Origin: Chrysomallon squamiferum
Lineage: Eukaryota; Animalia; Mollusca
Length of the DNA stretch: 64,000 nucleotides
Direction of reading: 5' to 3'
Assembly: GCA_012295275.1 (NCBI GenBank)
Contig: CM022665.1
Coordinates: 682,001 to 746,000, forward strand
This document shows, piece by piece, positions 1-13,809 of the stretch; the first letter of the stretch is position 1, and every line of letters begins with the position of its first letter. A program made the translations under genes and the position numbers. The notes beneath the pieces were generated by a model, which was given only the letters and a program-made list of their open reading frames with translations, ran no database searches and was not told where the DNA came from.

Positions 1-285
1 ATAACAGTAGTTCTAGTAGGAAATAGTAATAGTAGTAGTTGTTGTATTACTAGAAGCAATAGTAATATATGTAGTATCGTAACATCACTATTGTAATGTA
101 CCCTTGATGTATTAATAGATGTATAAATAGAGAGTGATGTATCAGATAGTATTTATTAATAACTGCAGTACCAGAAGCGATAGTAATAGTAGTGGTACTA
201 GTTGCACTTGGTAACAATAGTCCTAATAGCACTAGTAGTAAGTATTACTTCTAGCCGTTGTAAAACTAGTAGTGCTAATAACTAA
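1..285. repeat. Degenerate (TAG/TAA)n low-complexity tract
   Basis: Recurrent agtagt/aatagt/actagt triplet motifs. Confidence 0.6.
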
Positions 286-2672
286 ATACAAGCGATGAGT
301 TATTTCTTTAGGCGTGTGTGTGTGGTTGTGTCACAGACATCACAGGACATATCAGTGTGTGATGGGTTGAGAGAAATGTTTGAGAGAGAAAAAAACATTT
401 AAAAAAGAAAATCTTTCTTTATGTAATGTTTTCTATAATGTTGAAAATCACTACAAACACAAGGGTATTGTTTCAACGAATTGTTAGTTTCAATACTCAC
501 CAGTTCTTGTTTGAGAGTTTCAAGTGAGGCACCGATTCTTTCTACCGCTGCTACGTATTCTGAACATACTATGTGCACACTAGACAACGACATTACGTAT
601 TTAATTTCTTCTCTTTTGTTTTTATGTTTTTGTAAGCAACAAAAATCACTTGGTCAGAGTCACGAATCCATTTCATCTGGATCTAATGAATCAAATTTTT
701 GTCATGATTCACAATGTACTTACTCACATATATCTCAGACCACCCGGTTAGTTCAACGAATGATGTTAACGTGTTTATTTCTCTCTGAGGTGAACCTGTA
801 TTTTCAGATATATACGTACTACTTTGTGACAAGCAGTACGAACACTTTTATACGTGTGCACACATTAGCGATGCATTAAGAACAGATACCGGGCGCTTTT
901 TGTCGCTGCTATTCATTAAGTACTCAACAACACTCAGTGATTCACAGAGCCCGGCGAAAACAAATAAGCTCTTTCCGTAATATGACAGTTGACCCAGAAT
1001 TCAAGTCCTCAATTTTACCCACGGAGGTGTTTGTTGTTCTGATATTTGTTGTGTGACACATGAAGTGAACACAGATGCTGTGTCAAGTTGTAGAAAGAAA
1101 CGTCTCATTTCTCAATACTCTTTACATACTTTTAGAAAAAGGATAAAGAAAAAAAGAAGAAAAAAAAAAAAAAAAAAAAAAGCGTGCAGTATAAATAAGC
1201 TATAATAATTATAGGTGTGTCCTTAATAAAATCACAGTGACACGAACAGTAACGTTTGCAGTAAATACGTTTGGCTAAAGCACATTTAAGTTAATGCAAT
1301 AGTTATAACCTGAGAGATAAAAGAAGAGAAATAATAAAAAAGTAGTTAAACACTGAGGGTGAAAAAGAGAGAGCAAACGGACCGATGGATTTTAAAGAAA
1401 AGAAAAAAGAACATTTTTTAAAGAAATTAAAGTTCATATTATAAGCTTTTCATTACAAATAAATTAAGCATCATTATATGAAGATATATGGGTTTGGTTA
1501 TAGGTCAGACTACAAAGATTAAATTTTCTGAAAGAGAATATACAGAAGATTGGTGTGAATAAAATAAGATATATGTTAAGTAAACAAAGATTACTGTTAG
1601 CACGATCAGTTCTAATAATATTTATTGTTACTGTACGATTAATCTGACAGAAAGAAAATGCGAGATCACAAAGGCCGTTAACGATCTTCTAACCAATAGA
1701 AAATAGATACACCCATACACATACTCACACACACACACACAAAAGAATTCCAATTTTACAGAGCTAAATAGATTGTTAACGTTTTAGAATGTATTAAAAA
1801 AAAATATTAATCCCGAAGAATAAACTAATTTGGAAATTCAGTCTATATCTGTCTTTGTTGTATGTCATATTGCATAGGTTGTATCCATTACTGTCGATAT
1901 TATACTTCTTTTTTCTTGATAGCCTTCATACTCCTCTGAAATCTGTCTTTATTTCTCCTATTGTTTTGTTTTTATTTGTTATGTTGAGCTTTGTTTGAAT
2001 ATGACAGTAGTTTACATATATTATCCTAACCAAAATTTCTTTAAAATATTTAGAAAATAATTATCGTTTACTAAAATTGTGCCTAAAAATCCTAATTGTG
2101 ACACACACACACACACACACACGTTTCTTGTCTGTTGAAATATATGACTCAGACAATGGAATGAAAATGCAGAAAACTTCTTAATTAAATTAAGTAAAAA
2201 AACAATAATTAGTCAGATTATGTTTATACTTTGGTTACAACTTCAGACAATTTGTTTTTAGGCTTACGTTCGGCAATTATTGAATAAAATGCTATACACT
2301 TTCAGAAAGAATAATAATTTAAAAATATAAAAATAAATAAAAAATAGTTACGTTAATGTTGTATCTTTAGACTAGCATCTATATATGTTAAAGTAATTAG
2401 TATTGTAAAATCTATAAAACGGCTAATTCATGAATGAACACTTTGTCAACAATAAATCATTTTATAGATTTTTGACTAAATACGCTAGTGTGAGCAGGGA
2501 AAATGCAGTTGTCAGAGATATCTTGGGACAGACTTGTACAGCAGTAGCAAGAGTAGCATGACCGACCAGGTGGCAAAGTTTTCATTTTATAAAAAGAATT
2601 GATCAACATTCTATATATCGATATAATTAATAAAAAAATATATGTTAAGAGATATATACCACTTTTTCAAGG

Positions 2673-2674
2673 AT

Positions 2675-2764
<90 letters not shown>

Positions 2765-2788
2765 TTTTTTTTTTTTTTTTTTTTTTTC
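2673..2788. repeat. Compound microsatellite (ATTT)n-(ATT)n-(T)n
   Basis: Directly visible; explains the spurious 69-aa ORF at 2599-2808. Confidence 0.95.
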
Positions 2789-5094
2789 TTTTAATAAGCA
2801 TCTTTTAAACACCTTATAGACAAAGTTTCATTCTTTTTTACAGAAGCGAACACTTCATTGTCACTGAACTACACCTCTTTAATAATAATATGATATACGC
2901 ATCCTATCAAATAAATATGAGGGACTGAAGAAAAAACACCAAGCATAATCTAAAGATACATAAATACCATTAACGTGTGAGGTTTATTTATCCTTGTTTA
3001 CACGTAAAATACTTGGGAAATACCTCCAAGTAACTTGGGACATTAATATAGGGTAAACACTGTCACTGGTGCTGTCTTAAGGAACCCATGTCAATAATGG
3101 TCTGCCAGTATTGGTCAAGGGTGTGAGATGCTATCTCTGCGAAAGCTTGTTCAAGAGGGAAGAGAGACGTTTGGGCCGATTCTCTGCAGTATAACAACGA
3201 TATTATCATTTATAATGTTATACTATTGTCTATCATGTTGTAAAATCAGGCAGAGAAATTAAAGATATAATCAAGATCGAACTTATGTAGTTTTTGTGTG
3301 AGGGTTCTGTATGCACTCGCCACATAAGCATGAACTTTTAAAACTATTATTTAATACAACAAAAATTATTCTTGATATATATAACGTCATATTTAGCAAG
3401 TTGACTGTATAAAAGAAGTCAGCTAGTGTAAAAAGACGATAATTGATAATCATAATATTATTGATGTTGTATTAGTCCTCAAAAGTGAAGAAGATCTAGT
3501 TCATTGGTCATTAGAGTGAAATTCGGCCTTTGGTGCACTTTAGTTTTTAATCCTTTTCCAGTCTCGAAAACCAGCTCCCCCAACATAAAATGATCAGAGT
3601 CGCCTTATCGAGACATACCGTGTTCATCAGTTTGCAAGCATTTAGTGCGAAAATTAGGAGTATGTTGTATACATTATTTCCCCGCCATATTATTATCATT
3701 ATTATTGAAATACATCATAAACTTTAAGACCTTATAACTGTGTCAAGCTGTTTAATTTTGTTAGGAATGTTTTCTTGTCAGTATTTGAAAGATGCTTAAT
3801 AATTTAATGGTGGAAACAACAAAGGAATGTTATTGTCGATGATAAACTCGGTTATACGATCTAGACGACGTACGTAAACAATTTTTTTCATTTCCAGCTG
3901 ATTTACAGAGGCATAATTATCCTGATATAATTTAAGTTTCAAAGATCAGCAAGTTACCGCTGACCGTTAACAATATAATTATCTTTGTACAGTGACAGTA
4001 GCCAGCTCGGATTGCATTGGTTCATGGTTTGATATATATAATTATATAATGATATTATAACCTGCTCCATTAAAATGCTTAACATAATCAGACAAGTTTA
4101 ACAAAAAATATCATAAGTTTCAATCATTCAAGCAAGAATAAGTAATTTATACATATTCACTGATGCCATCATTAAAAAGTTAAATAATGTTCTTAAAATC
4201 CAGAATAAATGAATTAAGTTAATGATAAAGATACTAACCATTAAATCTGTTTCTTGACCGTCTGGGATTAAGACAAAATTGTAAAAAAAAAAAAACCCAA
4301 AAAAAAAACACAACAACAACAATAATAATAATAATAAAAAACACACGCACACACACACAAACAAAATACTGTAAAACACTGTCAAAGCAAATTATTAACA
4401 CAGAACACAAAAATTAAATAATTTAACAATGAAGAACAAAATGTCTTCAAGAAATTATGAAAATGAATTAATTTTTTTTATAAATGTTGCTAGCCTTATA
4501 GGAACAGTAGTCTCTAATGTATGTAAGTAATATATATATATATGTCTATATATATAAATAATTATTTATAAGCTGTTTAATTATGCTGTATGTGTTTATG
4601 TATCTTAGTTATACAATGCAATATAGATTTCACACTATTTCACAACGTTCTGCATAATAATTATATTTTAATTGTATATAACAATACAAAATTTTATATA
4701 TTTACATATTAATCACAGATGACACAACGTGATTGATGATAGCGTGTGTGTGTGTGTGTGTGTGTGATGTTTGTATTATCTCCTGTTTACTCATGTTGTT
4801 ACTGTAAGATAATCTTATTGCATATTAACCACAATTATGATATTGTGTGATTGCTTGAATTGTAACAAAGTTCTGTTTTTTGTCTTTATTAAATGATTTT
4901 AATTACGTTTGTTTAGTGCCAACCACTTATTATTAAACTGACTGCTAACACAAATACCTTTCATCAGTTGCAGTAGCAATTCATTGTAGAACCGTATTGG
5001 AATTGATGAGTATTTTAAGATTAAATGCACTTAAATGATGTTACTTTATTAATTATCATTTTTGCATTTAAAGATATTACAAATTAACACCTGA

Positions 5095-5211
5095 ATGACA
5101 CATTTGCTGGAAAATGTACATGAAGGATTGGTACCACCTGGAGAGGAGACATCAACAGTGCTGGGAACTTACCAGTATTTTCATTATGGCTGCGATGGTC
5201 AAGATGACAGG
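5095..5211 (+). CDS. UFSP1: UFSP1-like coding exon 1
   Basis: ATG at 5095 immediately after an in-frame TGA; encodes [39 protein letters not shown]; donor GT at 5212; likely acceptor AG at 5072-5073. Confidence 0.88.
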
Positions 5212-7682
5212 GTTAATTTTTTGTATTAATAATTACACACACACACACACCAACAATTAGTATAGTAAACTGAAAGTTGATTGAATAATGATGATATTAA
5301 TAATTTAAGATTAAATATCATTTTTCACTCTGTCACATAATTATGAACAGTAAAGTATGTATGCCAGAGTTTGATCATTTTGTTTTAGCTTACACTTTTT
5401 GTTTTACATACACACAAAAGGTGGTGATAGAAGGAATAGAGTTATAAGCTTGTATTTTTTGGTTATGTAATTAAATTATGCATTATATTAAAATATTAAA
5501 ACAGTTTTAATTTTTGTTTATAATTTTATGTAATTTACTCCTGAATGTATGTGCTATTGCTATTAGAACTTTCTAATAAAATTGAGTAAAAGATAAAAAT
5601 TGGAATTTGTATACATCCTGCCATATGTCATTAATTTTAATTGAATAGAACCATTAATAAGGTTGTTCTATTTTAGGACATATCTTTTCTATCTATATTT
5701 TTATAGTTTTAAAATATGCTTAGAAATGTTTTTGTAGGGTTGGGGTTGTGGATACAGGTCATTGCAAACCATCTGTTCTTGGGTGAAACATCAACAACTT
5801 CAAAATGAGAATACAGCCTTGTCTCCTGAAGTTCCCTCAGTACCAGATATACAAGCAGCTCTTGTGGCTATGCAGGACAAACCAGAACATTTTCTTAGAT
5901 CAAAACAATGGATTGGAAGTTTTGAAGTCAGCATTTGTGTTGATTATTTTTATAATGTGAGTTTAGCTTAGTTCAGTAAGGTTTAAATTCATAAACATTT
6001 GTAGAGACTGATAATATATACTAAACATCTTATCCATAGCTAATAATATTTCAGACAACTAGATACATTCTGCACATTTTTAAGTGATTTAAAGAAAGAT
6101 AAAAAATAACAAATAAACATTAAGAAAAACCGATTTACTTTTGCAATGCTGAGTTTCTTTATTAAATTTGATTCTTTGGACAATTAGAATACTCTTGGTT
6201 ATTGTATGCATGAAATTATATGTAAACTACCCAGTTTATTTATGGTTCAAGACCCTGCAATGTTAATATCAATACAACTCATAACTTTAGAAAAATCAAG
6301 AAGGAAGCTTCAAGTTTTATCACACATGCACACCTAACAACACATACTCAACTTAATTCTGCTGATTATATTATTATACTTTTGGTTAGAAAGATCAGTT
6401 TTATCACACAAAAGAGGTCAGTTTTTAAAATGTTTAGTAGTTTTACTTATATTAAACTAGCCATTGACTTGACAGCTGATATTAAATGACAAATACACAG
6501 TACAGGCTGATAAATTCACTAAAACATAAGTTGACCAACCTGTTACCACTGTTGAAATGTGCTTTGAAAGAACCCCCATATTTGATTGGTGCAATCTCAG
6601 TTTCTTCTTGCAACAAACAAATACAGGTATTCCATCATAGCAGTAAACATTTTTTTCATTTTACCTTTGGCTTTCTAGTTTGCACAAAAATACCTGTACA
6701 GGTAATATATTCCTGTTGCCACACTCTAAGGTATTTCAATGAAGAGCTTGTTCTTGAATTTGGTCTCAGAAGTTAATCAATCACAATATATAGCTCCTGG
6801 TCGGCAAGGCTTTTCTTACCGTGGAAACTGGGCATTTGGTTATAACATAATCAGCAAGAGTCTATTGTTGCCATTTGTCCCAGCCACCTAATGAAGGTTA
6901 CTGAGGCTTGATCAGATCAGCAGCTTGCTGAATACAAGCTTGAATAACAAGCTGATTGTGTACCTGCAGGTTCCCTGATTACTTGGTCAACTATTAGGTA
7001 ACTCAGATATACTGTGGAATGTTGGTTTGTTTGGCTGTAAACCTGGCTGATATGACATCAGTACTTACAGGCTGCCTGGGGACTGTTACTTAGTGACATG
7101 GTTTTCAGCAAGTACTGATTGTTTAGTAGGTCTGTTGTGAAGCTAGGAATATACTGTAAATTTAATATTTTAGCCCATTATCTAGATGTTGATTGTGATA
7201 CTAAACACTTATAAACATGGGTAAACACTATAAACACTAACATTATACATACACACATATATATCATTAACAGAAATATATAAAAAAAATATTTAGTTAA
7301 ATAGTTTGATGAATTCAAATAATTGTGGTTTGATATTTTGCTAATAAAATGTTTAGTTTTTTATTGTTGGCCATTGCCTTGGGTACATAACTGGATGATA
7401 ATAATTTTGATAAAATTGTTTTTGTGATTTTAAACAGACCTTTCACATTATTATGGATTAATTAATAAGTGTTTGCTAATTAGGTCAACCCTGGGTCACT
7501 TCATAGTCACAGTTTTTAGTATAGTAAACTGAAAGTTAATTGAATAATGATGATATTAATAATTTAAGATTAAATATCATTTTTCACTCTGTCACATAAT
7601 TATGAACAGTAAAGTATGTATGCCAGAGTTTGATCATTTTGTTTTAGCTTACACTTTTTGTTTTGTCATGTTAAAAAGTATT

Positions 7683-7715
<33 letters not shown>

Positions 7716-9112
7716 TTGTAAATTTGTTACACAAATGTCATGTTTAAAAAATAACAAAAAACCTTATTACACTGCAGATTGAAAAAAGAAATGTCAAGAA
7801 TTCATTATATCATTGTACAATTTTAATAAAATATGGAAACAGCACACGTAATATGTTAGGAAAATATACTTTATAATGTTTTTTCAGTTTTATAGTAACA
7901 ATCTTTGTATCAATTATTGCATTTTGTTGTGTTAGTTAATGTATTATAATTTCAAAAGGATAAATATCCATAGTGATTCAGTCTAATTTATATGTTAATT
8001 AATACTGATAATTAGTATATACATGTATGTATTAATTTTAGGTTCCTTGCAAGATTATCCATATTCAGTATGGATCAGAACTTGGATCTCATATGGATGA
8101 ATTGTACAAACATTTCATACACTTTGGTTCACCTGTTATGATGGGTTTGATTTTAAATATTTGCTTTGCTGTAACATTAAAATAATATAATAAAGTTTAT
8201 GAAATACATTTAAATGATAATGTGAATAATGATAATAAAGAAAAATAAAATAAATATATATATATATATTTTTTTTTTTCACTTTAGAGCTTTAATTACT
8301 TTGTCCCTTGTGGTCTTCCATGCAAATATTAAAATATTTATTTTACTGGATAAATATATGCATAAACAATACTATATTTGTGCTTTAAAATGTTTGCTTG
8401 AAAATTTTAAATTTTTTTGGTCAATGGGCTCAAACTGACTGAAAACTGGCAGATCTTTCAAATCATTCTGCTTACTACTTTCCACAGTGACATTTCAATT
8501 TACTAATTCCAAATTAATTTTTTCATCCTTTTGAAATATTTTTAAGTTGCCATTCTGAACCATGAATATTAGTATTACATGTTTTATTTTAAAATTTTAT
8601 GAAATTATTTTAAAACAAATTATTTTAATCTAATCTTTGGACATAATACAGGTGGTGAAACTGATAATTCGTCAAAGGGAATTCTGGGAGTTTCCTTGGT
8701 GCCTTCTGCTTTATTAGTACTTGTGAGAATATTTTCATTTACAGATTTGTTAATGTTCATACTACAGATATTAAATTGAGAAAGTTAATTTTTTGTAGAG
8801 CTACCTTTAGATATACAGTTTGTGATAAAACTATAGGGATTATTAGTTCAGTACAACAAACCCTTGTGGTTTTGATTACATTTGAAAAATTGGATTATAC
8901 CACTTTCTGCCTTAGTTTGAACTTACTAAAGATTTGATATTTTTACAAGTATTATTTGTTTTCTTATTTTGTTTCAGGATCCTCATTACTTTGGTAATAT
9001 CAAATGTAAGGAAGATCTGCAGAAATCAGGATATGTTAAATGGCTACCTATACACACATTTCATCAAGATTCTTTTTACAATTTATGTTTACCAATGCTA
9101 AAAGGATCTTAA
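5095..9112 (+). CDS. UFSP1: Ufm1-specific protease 1-like (peptidase C78), 5 coding exons, 214 aa: join(5095..5211,5738..5956,8042..8144,8652..8722,8978..9112)
   Basis: Manual splicing at GT-AG sites gives 645 nt in frame: [12 protein letters not shown]...[14 protein letters not shown]|[15 protein letters not shown]...WIGSFEV...|VPCKIIH...GSPVMMG|[13 protein letters not shown]...LLVL|DPHYFG...SFYNLCLP...*. The catalytic Cys box ([10 protein letters not shown]) and the DPHY Asp-His motif are intact. The lack of a long N-terminal domain and the YHYGCDG-type motif match UFSP1 rather than UFSP2. Confidence 0.92.
5257..5405 (+). repeat. 149-bp direct repeat, copy 1 (UFSP1 intron after coding exon 1)
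   Basis: Nearly identical to 7516-7664 (one mismatch seen). Confidence 0.9.
5738..5956 (+). CDS. UFSP1: UFSP1-like coding exon 2 (catalytic Cys)
   Basis: tttgtag|GGTTGGGGTTGT ... TATAAT|gtgagt; 219 nt; [15 protein letters not shown]...DYFYN. Confidence 0.93.
7516..7664 (+). repeat. 149-bp direct repeat, copy 2 (UFSP1 intron after coding exon 2)
   Basis: Nearly identical to 5257-5405. Confidence 0.9.
8042..8144 (+). CDS. UFSP1: UFSP1-like coding exon 3
   Basis: ttttag|GTTCCTTGC ... ATGATGG|gtttga; [34 protein letters not shown](G). Confidence 0.9.
8652..8722 (+). CDS. UFSP1: UFSP1-like coding exon 4
   Basis: atacag|GTGGTGAA ... GTACTT|gtgaga; (G)[23 protein letters not shown]; phase-compatible with both neighbours. 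Confidence 0.88.
8978..9112 (+). CDS. UFSP1: UFSP1-like coding exon 5 (DPHY motif, stop)
   Basis: tttcag|GATCCTCATTAC ... TCTTAA; [44 protein letters not shown]. Confidence 0.92.
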   Translation, partial: DPHYFGNIKCKEDLQKSGYVKWLPIHTFHQDSFYNLCLPMLKGS

Positions 9113-10104
9113 ATAAACATATCAAATCATATTTCATTTCTGGTTTTACTTTTACACAATTAAACAGTTTGTTTTTTATATTTTAGTTTTATTCTCTACT
9201 TGAAGCAGTTGCTTTTCACAAGCTGGAACGGAATTAAGTAATTATGAACTGATAAAAGTCTGGTTCATGACTATAGAGTGTCTCCAAATAAGTACATGTC
9301 TGTCTGATTATTCATCCAATGTTCTATAATTTCTCTCACAATTTAACACCAGCTAATTTAAAATCACCAAGTCAGATACTTCCAAGTAAAAAAAGAATTG
9401 AAGGGATATGGTGGAGCAAACCTTTAAACAGTTGATGATAAACCTCTATTAATGCTAGCATAATTCCAAGCAATCCTTTAATATGCATGCAGACACCAGT
9501 GCTGGATTTATTGTGCTAGTTGCCCGTAGGTTATAGAAATTTTACCATCCCCTCTTGAAGCCCACTTGACCCTTCCCACTTTGTTATATAATATGAAATA
9601 TATGATTTTTTATAACTTATGGTCTCCTAAAGAATCGCCCAATTGTGCGCAAAAGGCACACAGTTGGCAACACTGTCCAGTAACAATTTTCATAAACTGC
9701 CATCCCTATCATCCTGCCATCCTACTCTCTAGCCTAGAAAGCCTATGTGGGAAATCCAGCCCTGTCAGACCTATTATTGGTCAATAAAATGTAATAAAAA
9801 CCAAAGAAACTAGAAAGATTAGTGTGACTTTGTCAGAACAATGGTTTCACAGCACATTAATAACTACTGTTGCTACTGTTTTAGCATTACTCATCAGTAC
9901 TTGATCACTGGTATTTGCTTACTTTTCAATTATTCCATTAAATAAATAAATGTAGAATTTAAGTATTAACAATAACATTTTATTTCAAAGAAAAAACAAG
10001 TTAATTAATACTATTTGAACAGTACTATGTTCAGGGGGCAAAATCTTAAATACATGTAAACTTGAAAAATTTAACTGATTTATTTTTTATTATTAATATT
10101 TTTG

Positions 10105-10252
<148 letters not shown>

Positions 10253-11099
10253 GTTGATTTCAGTACATATTAAAAGTACACAAAAGTTATAATCACTTTT
10301 ATATACCAGTTAACTGAATTTTTTAGTTTTTTGTTTGTTTGTTCTTAAAATATAAATAAATGAAATCAAATCAAATAAAATAAAATTTATCCATTCTTTC
10401 AAATTCTTCAACAAAATTTGAAACCAAACCATCACAGTCCTAGATTGCTAGGCATCTCCATCTTTTATTTATTTATTTATAGTTTTTCTTTCTTTCAGTT
10501 TCTTCATAAATATTTCAAATGAAACCAACACCACCCATATTGATATTGATCATAATCCGTCTATTTATTTATTTATATTTGTTATTTTTGTTGTTGCTAT
10601 TAACATTATTTTTTATTTTAAAATAAATAAATCTAGCAAAACACAGTGTTACTTGGTACTCTTTCAAATTCTAAACAGCTTGTATGACGCAAGCTTCTAT
10701 CGAGCTGAAAACTGGTTTGCAGTTAAGAAAAATGTACGCCATCATAAATTCCCCTCATTTTATGCACACACATTACTTTCTACAAGTACAAAAATAAACC
10801 AAGAACTAGGTATGTTACACAAAATATTAAACTGATAAAATTTCCATTATAAAGAGCACTAAACTAAGATTTATTAAAATGTTAATAAAAAAAGAAGTAT
10901 TTAATTCACATAATCACTGTGATCGAGCAATGACAAAAGGGGAGAATAATAATAATAATAATAATACAAAATATTATTTCAAATGAAAATTTCAGGGATA
11001 TATACAGAGCACTATCAACTCTTTAAAATAATCAAATAAATATCGTTTACAAGAAGCAGCAATAAAAACCAGTTGTTTCGTAATTATCGCGCATCGACT

Positions 11100-11111
11100 A
11101 ATGACGTCATT
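11100..11111. promoter_or_regulatory. CRE/ATF-type palindrome AATGACGTCATT
   Basis: Perfect 12-bp palindrome containing TGACGTCA in a small CpG-rich patch, upstream of splice-like signals; function is not demonstrated. Confidence 0.35.
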
Positions 11112-13220
11112 TTAGGTGACCTAGATTTAAGACTGACAACGTGGATCAGCAAATAACTGTCTGGTTGGAAATTGTCTATCAAAGGCAACCATGATGATAG
11201 TGAGTGACTACTAAACAAACAACATATGTTTTCTAAAATGTATTTGAATCTTATTATGCTAGAACTGTAGGATTTGATGGAAATATGATTGTTTATTGGA
11301 TCCGGAAAGAAGATTCATTTTCAATGAATTTCATTTGCCTTGACGTAGGTATGTGACCAATTTTTTAAAAAAAATATCATTTTCCTATAAAATTAAATCT
11401 TAGAGAGACAAAAAAAGAGAAAAAAGTTAAAAGTTAAAAGAAAAAGAAAAAAGCAAAGAAAAAAGCAAGAAAAAAAAGCAGTTTAAAATGACATCACGAT
11501 ATCTTTGATAGCATTGATATAACAAAATTGAATAAAATTGAATAAAATTTGCTGGTATTTTTCCTTCATAATCTATTAGGAATCTGATTAATTTTAGTCA
11601 TTTACCAACATAAACATTGAATATCACATAGTTTCATACCAATATACATCTACTGTTTATCAAAATGAAGCTTTTGATGAGTTCAAGAGCTATACAGTAT
11701 TTTTAAGCATGTTGCTAACATTCATGAATGTTAATTAATTAATTAACTGCATTAATTAGCTCAAATGTACCTTACGTGTTAATTATGTAATTCTCAAAAA
11801 CTCCATAGAAATTAAACCAGTATACAAAAAGATCATTTTTCAAAGCTGATGAATTCTAGAGGTCTTTACATTTTCAATCATTTTGCTGACATTTTTTTTT
11901 TTTCTTTTCTTATGACTTCATTATATCGATTAGAAAAACAAAAAAATCATAAAAATCTAACTTGCTAAGAATTGTCTTCATAATTAACATCTTTACAAGA
12001 AAGAAAATTTTATCTAAAACTGAAATATTATGCCAAATAATTACTGAATCAAACAACATAAACGAAAAATCGAACATTACAGATATCAGCAGCAATGGTG
12101 ACCGCTATGGCCACTGCATTCTTTCATAACATAACAGATTTTGGTATTCAGAATTAAGTACCACCTACCCTAAAAATATGTATTAAATTTGGCAGATTAG
12201 GTTAAAAATATTTTCTAACGTATATGATTCAAAGTACCGAATAAGCTAATCTCAGTCACATGTCCATCATTTTGAAACAGTTAATTTTTCTGTTGAATAT
12301 CCTTTATTTATTAAAGATCATATGTCAAGAAACGAACACAAAGCTGAAGCTCGAATACGTATGATATATTTTGTTCTTCAAAATACGTAAAAATAATATC
12401 GAAAAAGAACAGAATGAGGGAACCCACATACGAACTTGACGTTCCACCCATTTCTGACACCGTTGCTGTTCCAGGCATCACTGAGTCAGATTATATTGTA
12501 TGACAATCTTCAAATTGTGTTTTCGTCAATAGAAATTGTAAAAAAGAATTGCCGGATCATGTTGTATAAAGCATTCTCCAAATAGAACACAATACCACAA
12601 TAAATTCATTCCGTAACCACATCAACAAAAGTCAAATTTATTTACGACCACTATATCCCTAGCATTTCTCTGTGCTACGGTTTCATGTCCTGTTAGCACT
12701 ACAAAATGTAAGGATACTATCGGACGAGCTTTTCTTTAAATTAACCTAGCACTAACAAATGCTAGGAGGTAATGCATCAGTGATTCCTCACGGTTCTGGG
12801 ACATCTGACGAGTTCTTCGAAGCATTTCTTTGTTAAAACTAGCAGTATTCAAGAGCTAAATAACTGATTCCGCTAGCATATCAACAGCTGTCAAAATTAC
12901 CTAGAACGAATAAATCCTTAGCACTCGGCTAGCATATTTTTATTTATAAATTTGTTTTAAATATATTTCAGGTACTGTAACATACAACTGGCACTAGCAG
13001 ATTTATCGAATAAACAGCTCCGCTTCCGAAATTACACCGACTCATGTAGATGACGAAATGATAAAGAGTTACGCACAACCTACAATAAAATAAAAGACAT
13101 CATAAGTATTTCGTTTATATTTGGTTGTGCAGCCGTTTCACGTTCTGCTAGCTAGTGCTGGGAGAGTATCGGATGAGCTTTACTTCACAACTCTTCTACG
13201 TCCATCTATCGAACCGTAAT

Positions 13221-13305
13221 CGCAAGCATGTTTTTTCTCAGTATTCGCCACGTGCTAGTGTGTAAATTAAGCTAGCACTAGCAAATACTGAGAAGTAATC
13301 CTGCG
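13221..13305 (+). ncRNA. Candidate pre-miRNA hairpin, diverged H3-type variant (3' arm UAGCACUAGCAAAUACUGAGAAG from 13273)
   Basis: 5' arm ttctcagtatt pairs Watson-Crick with aatactgagaa; gtgctag pairs with ctagcac; UGUG at the loop entry. Confidence 0.6.
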
Positions 13306-13726
13306 CTGATTCCTCACGGTTTCGGGACATCTGATCGTGTTGTTTAATGAATTTAAAGAGAAATAAACTGATTCGCAAGATCAACAGTCAGGTTTATTTA
13401 CGACCATCATATCGTCATTACTTTCCCATTTCTTCGTGTTGGTGTGTCAAACCCTTGTAGGAGGAGGAAATGCTGGGGCAGTATGGCATGAGCCATAGGT
13501 CAAAACACGACTACAGTTTCCTTCGTAATTAGTTTCTTTTTCGAAAGAGATTGGCATTTTGAATTTTATCCAAATTTCTAATTAGTCCAATTAACAAAAC
13601 AGTAGTTGTCATTACAAATAAGTGATAACTTCCGGTTCTCAATGGGGCAATTCAAAATTCATTAACTCTCACAGTCAGCTCATTTACTATATATAAACAA
13701 TGTTGCCAATCTATCGAAAGGTAATA

Positions 13727-13809
13727 GCAGGCATATTTTTTCTCAGTATTCGCTACGTGCTAGTGTGTAAATTAAGCTAGCACTAGCAAATACTGAGAGG
13801 TAATCCTGC
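13727..13809 (+). ncRNA. Candidate pre-miRNA hairpin, diverged H3-type variant (3' arm from 13778)
   Basis: tctcagtatt-c-gcta-c-gtgctag pairs with ctagcac-tagc-a-aatactgaga; basal gcagg/cctgc stem. Confidence 0.6.

Noticed and set aside
481-879. 132-aa ORF and other short low-complexity ORFs (2599, 4128, 10062, 39124, 55596, 59319)
   Set aside because: Non-ATG starts or microsatellite-derived composition, with no homology signal.
3063-3183. Possible minus-strand terminal exon (ESAQTSLFPLEQAFAEIASHTLDQYWQTIIDMGSLRQHQ*)
   Set aside because: It has an acceptor-like ctgcag but no recognisable homology or partner exons.
6486-7150. Higher-GC stretch and 96-aa ORF in a UFSP1 intron
   Set aside because: No identifiable protein motif; possibly an old insertion, but it cannot be assigned.
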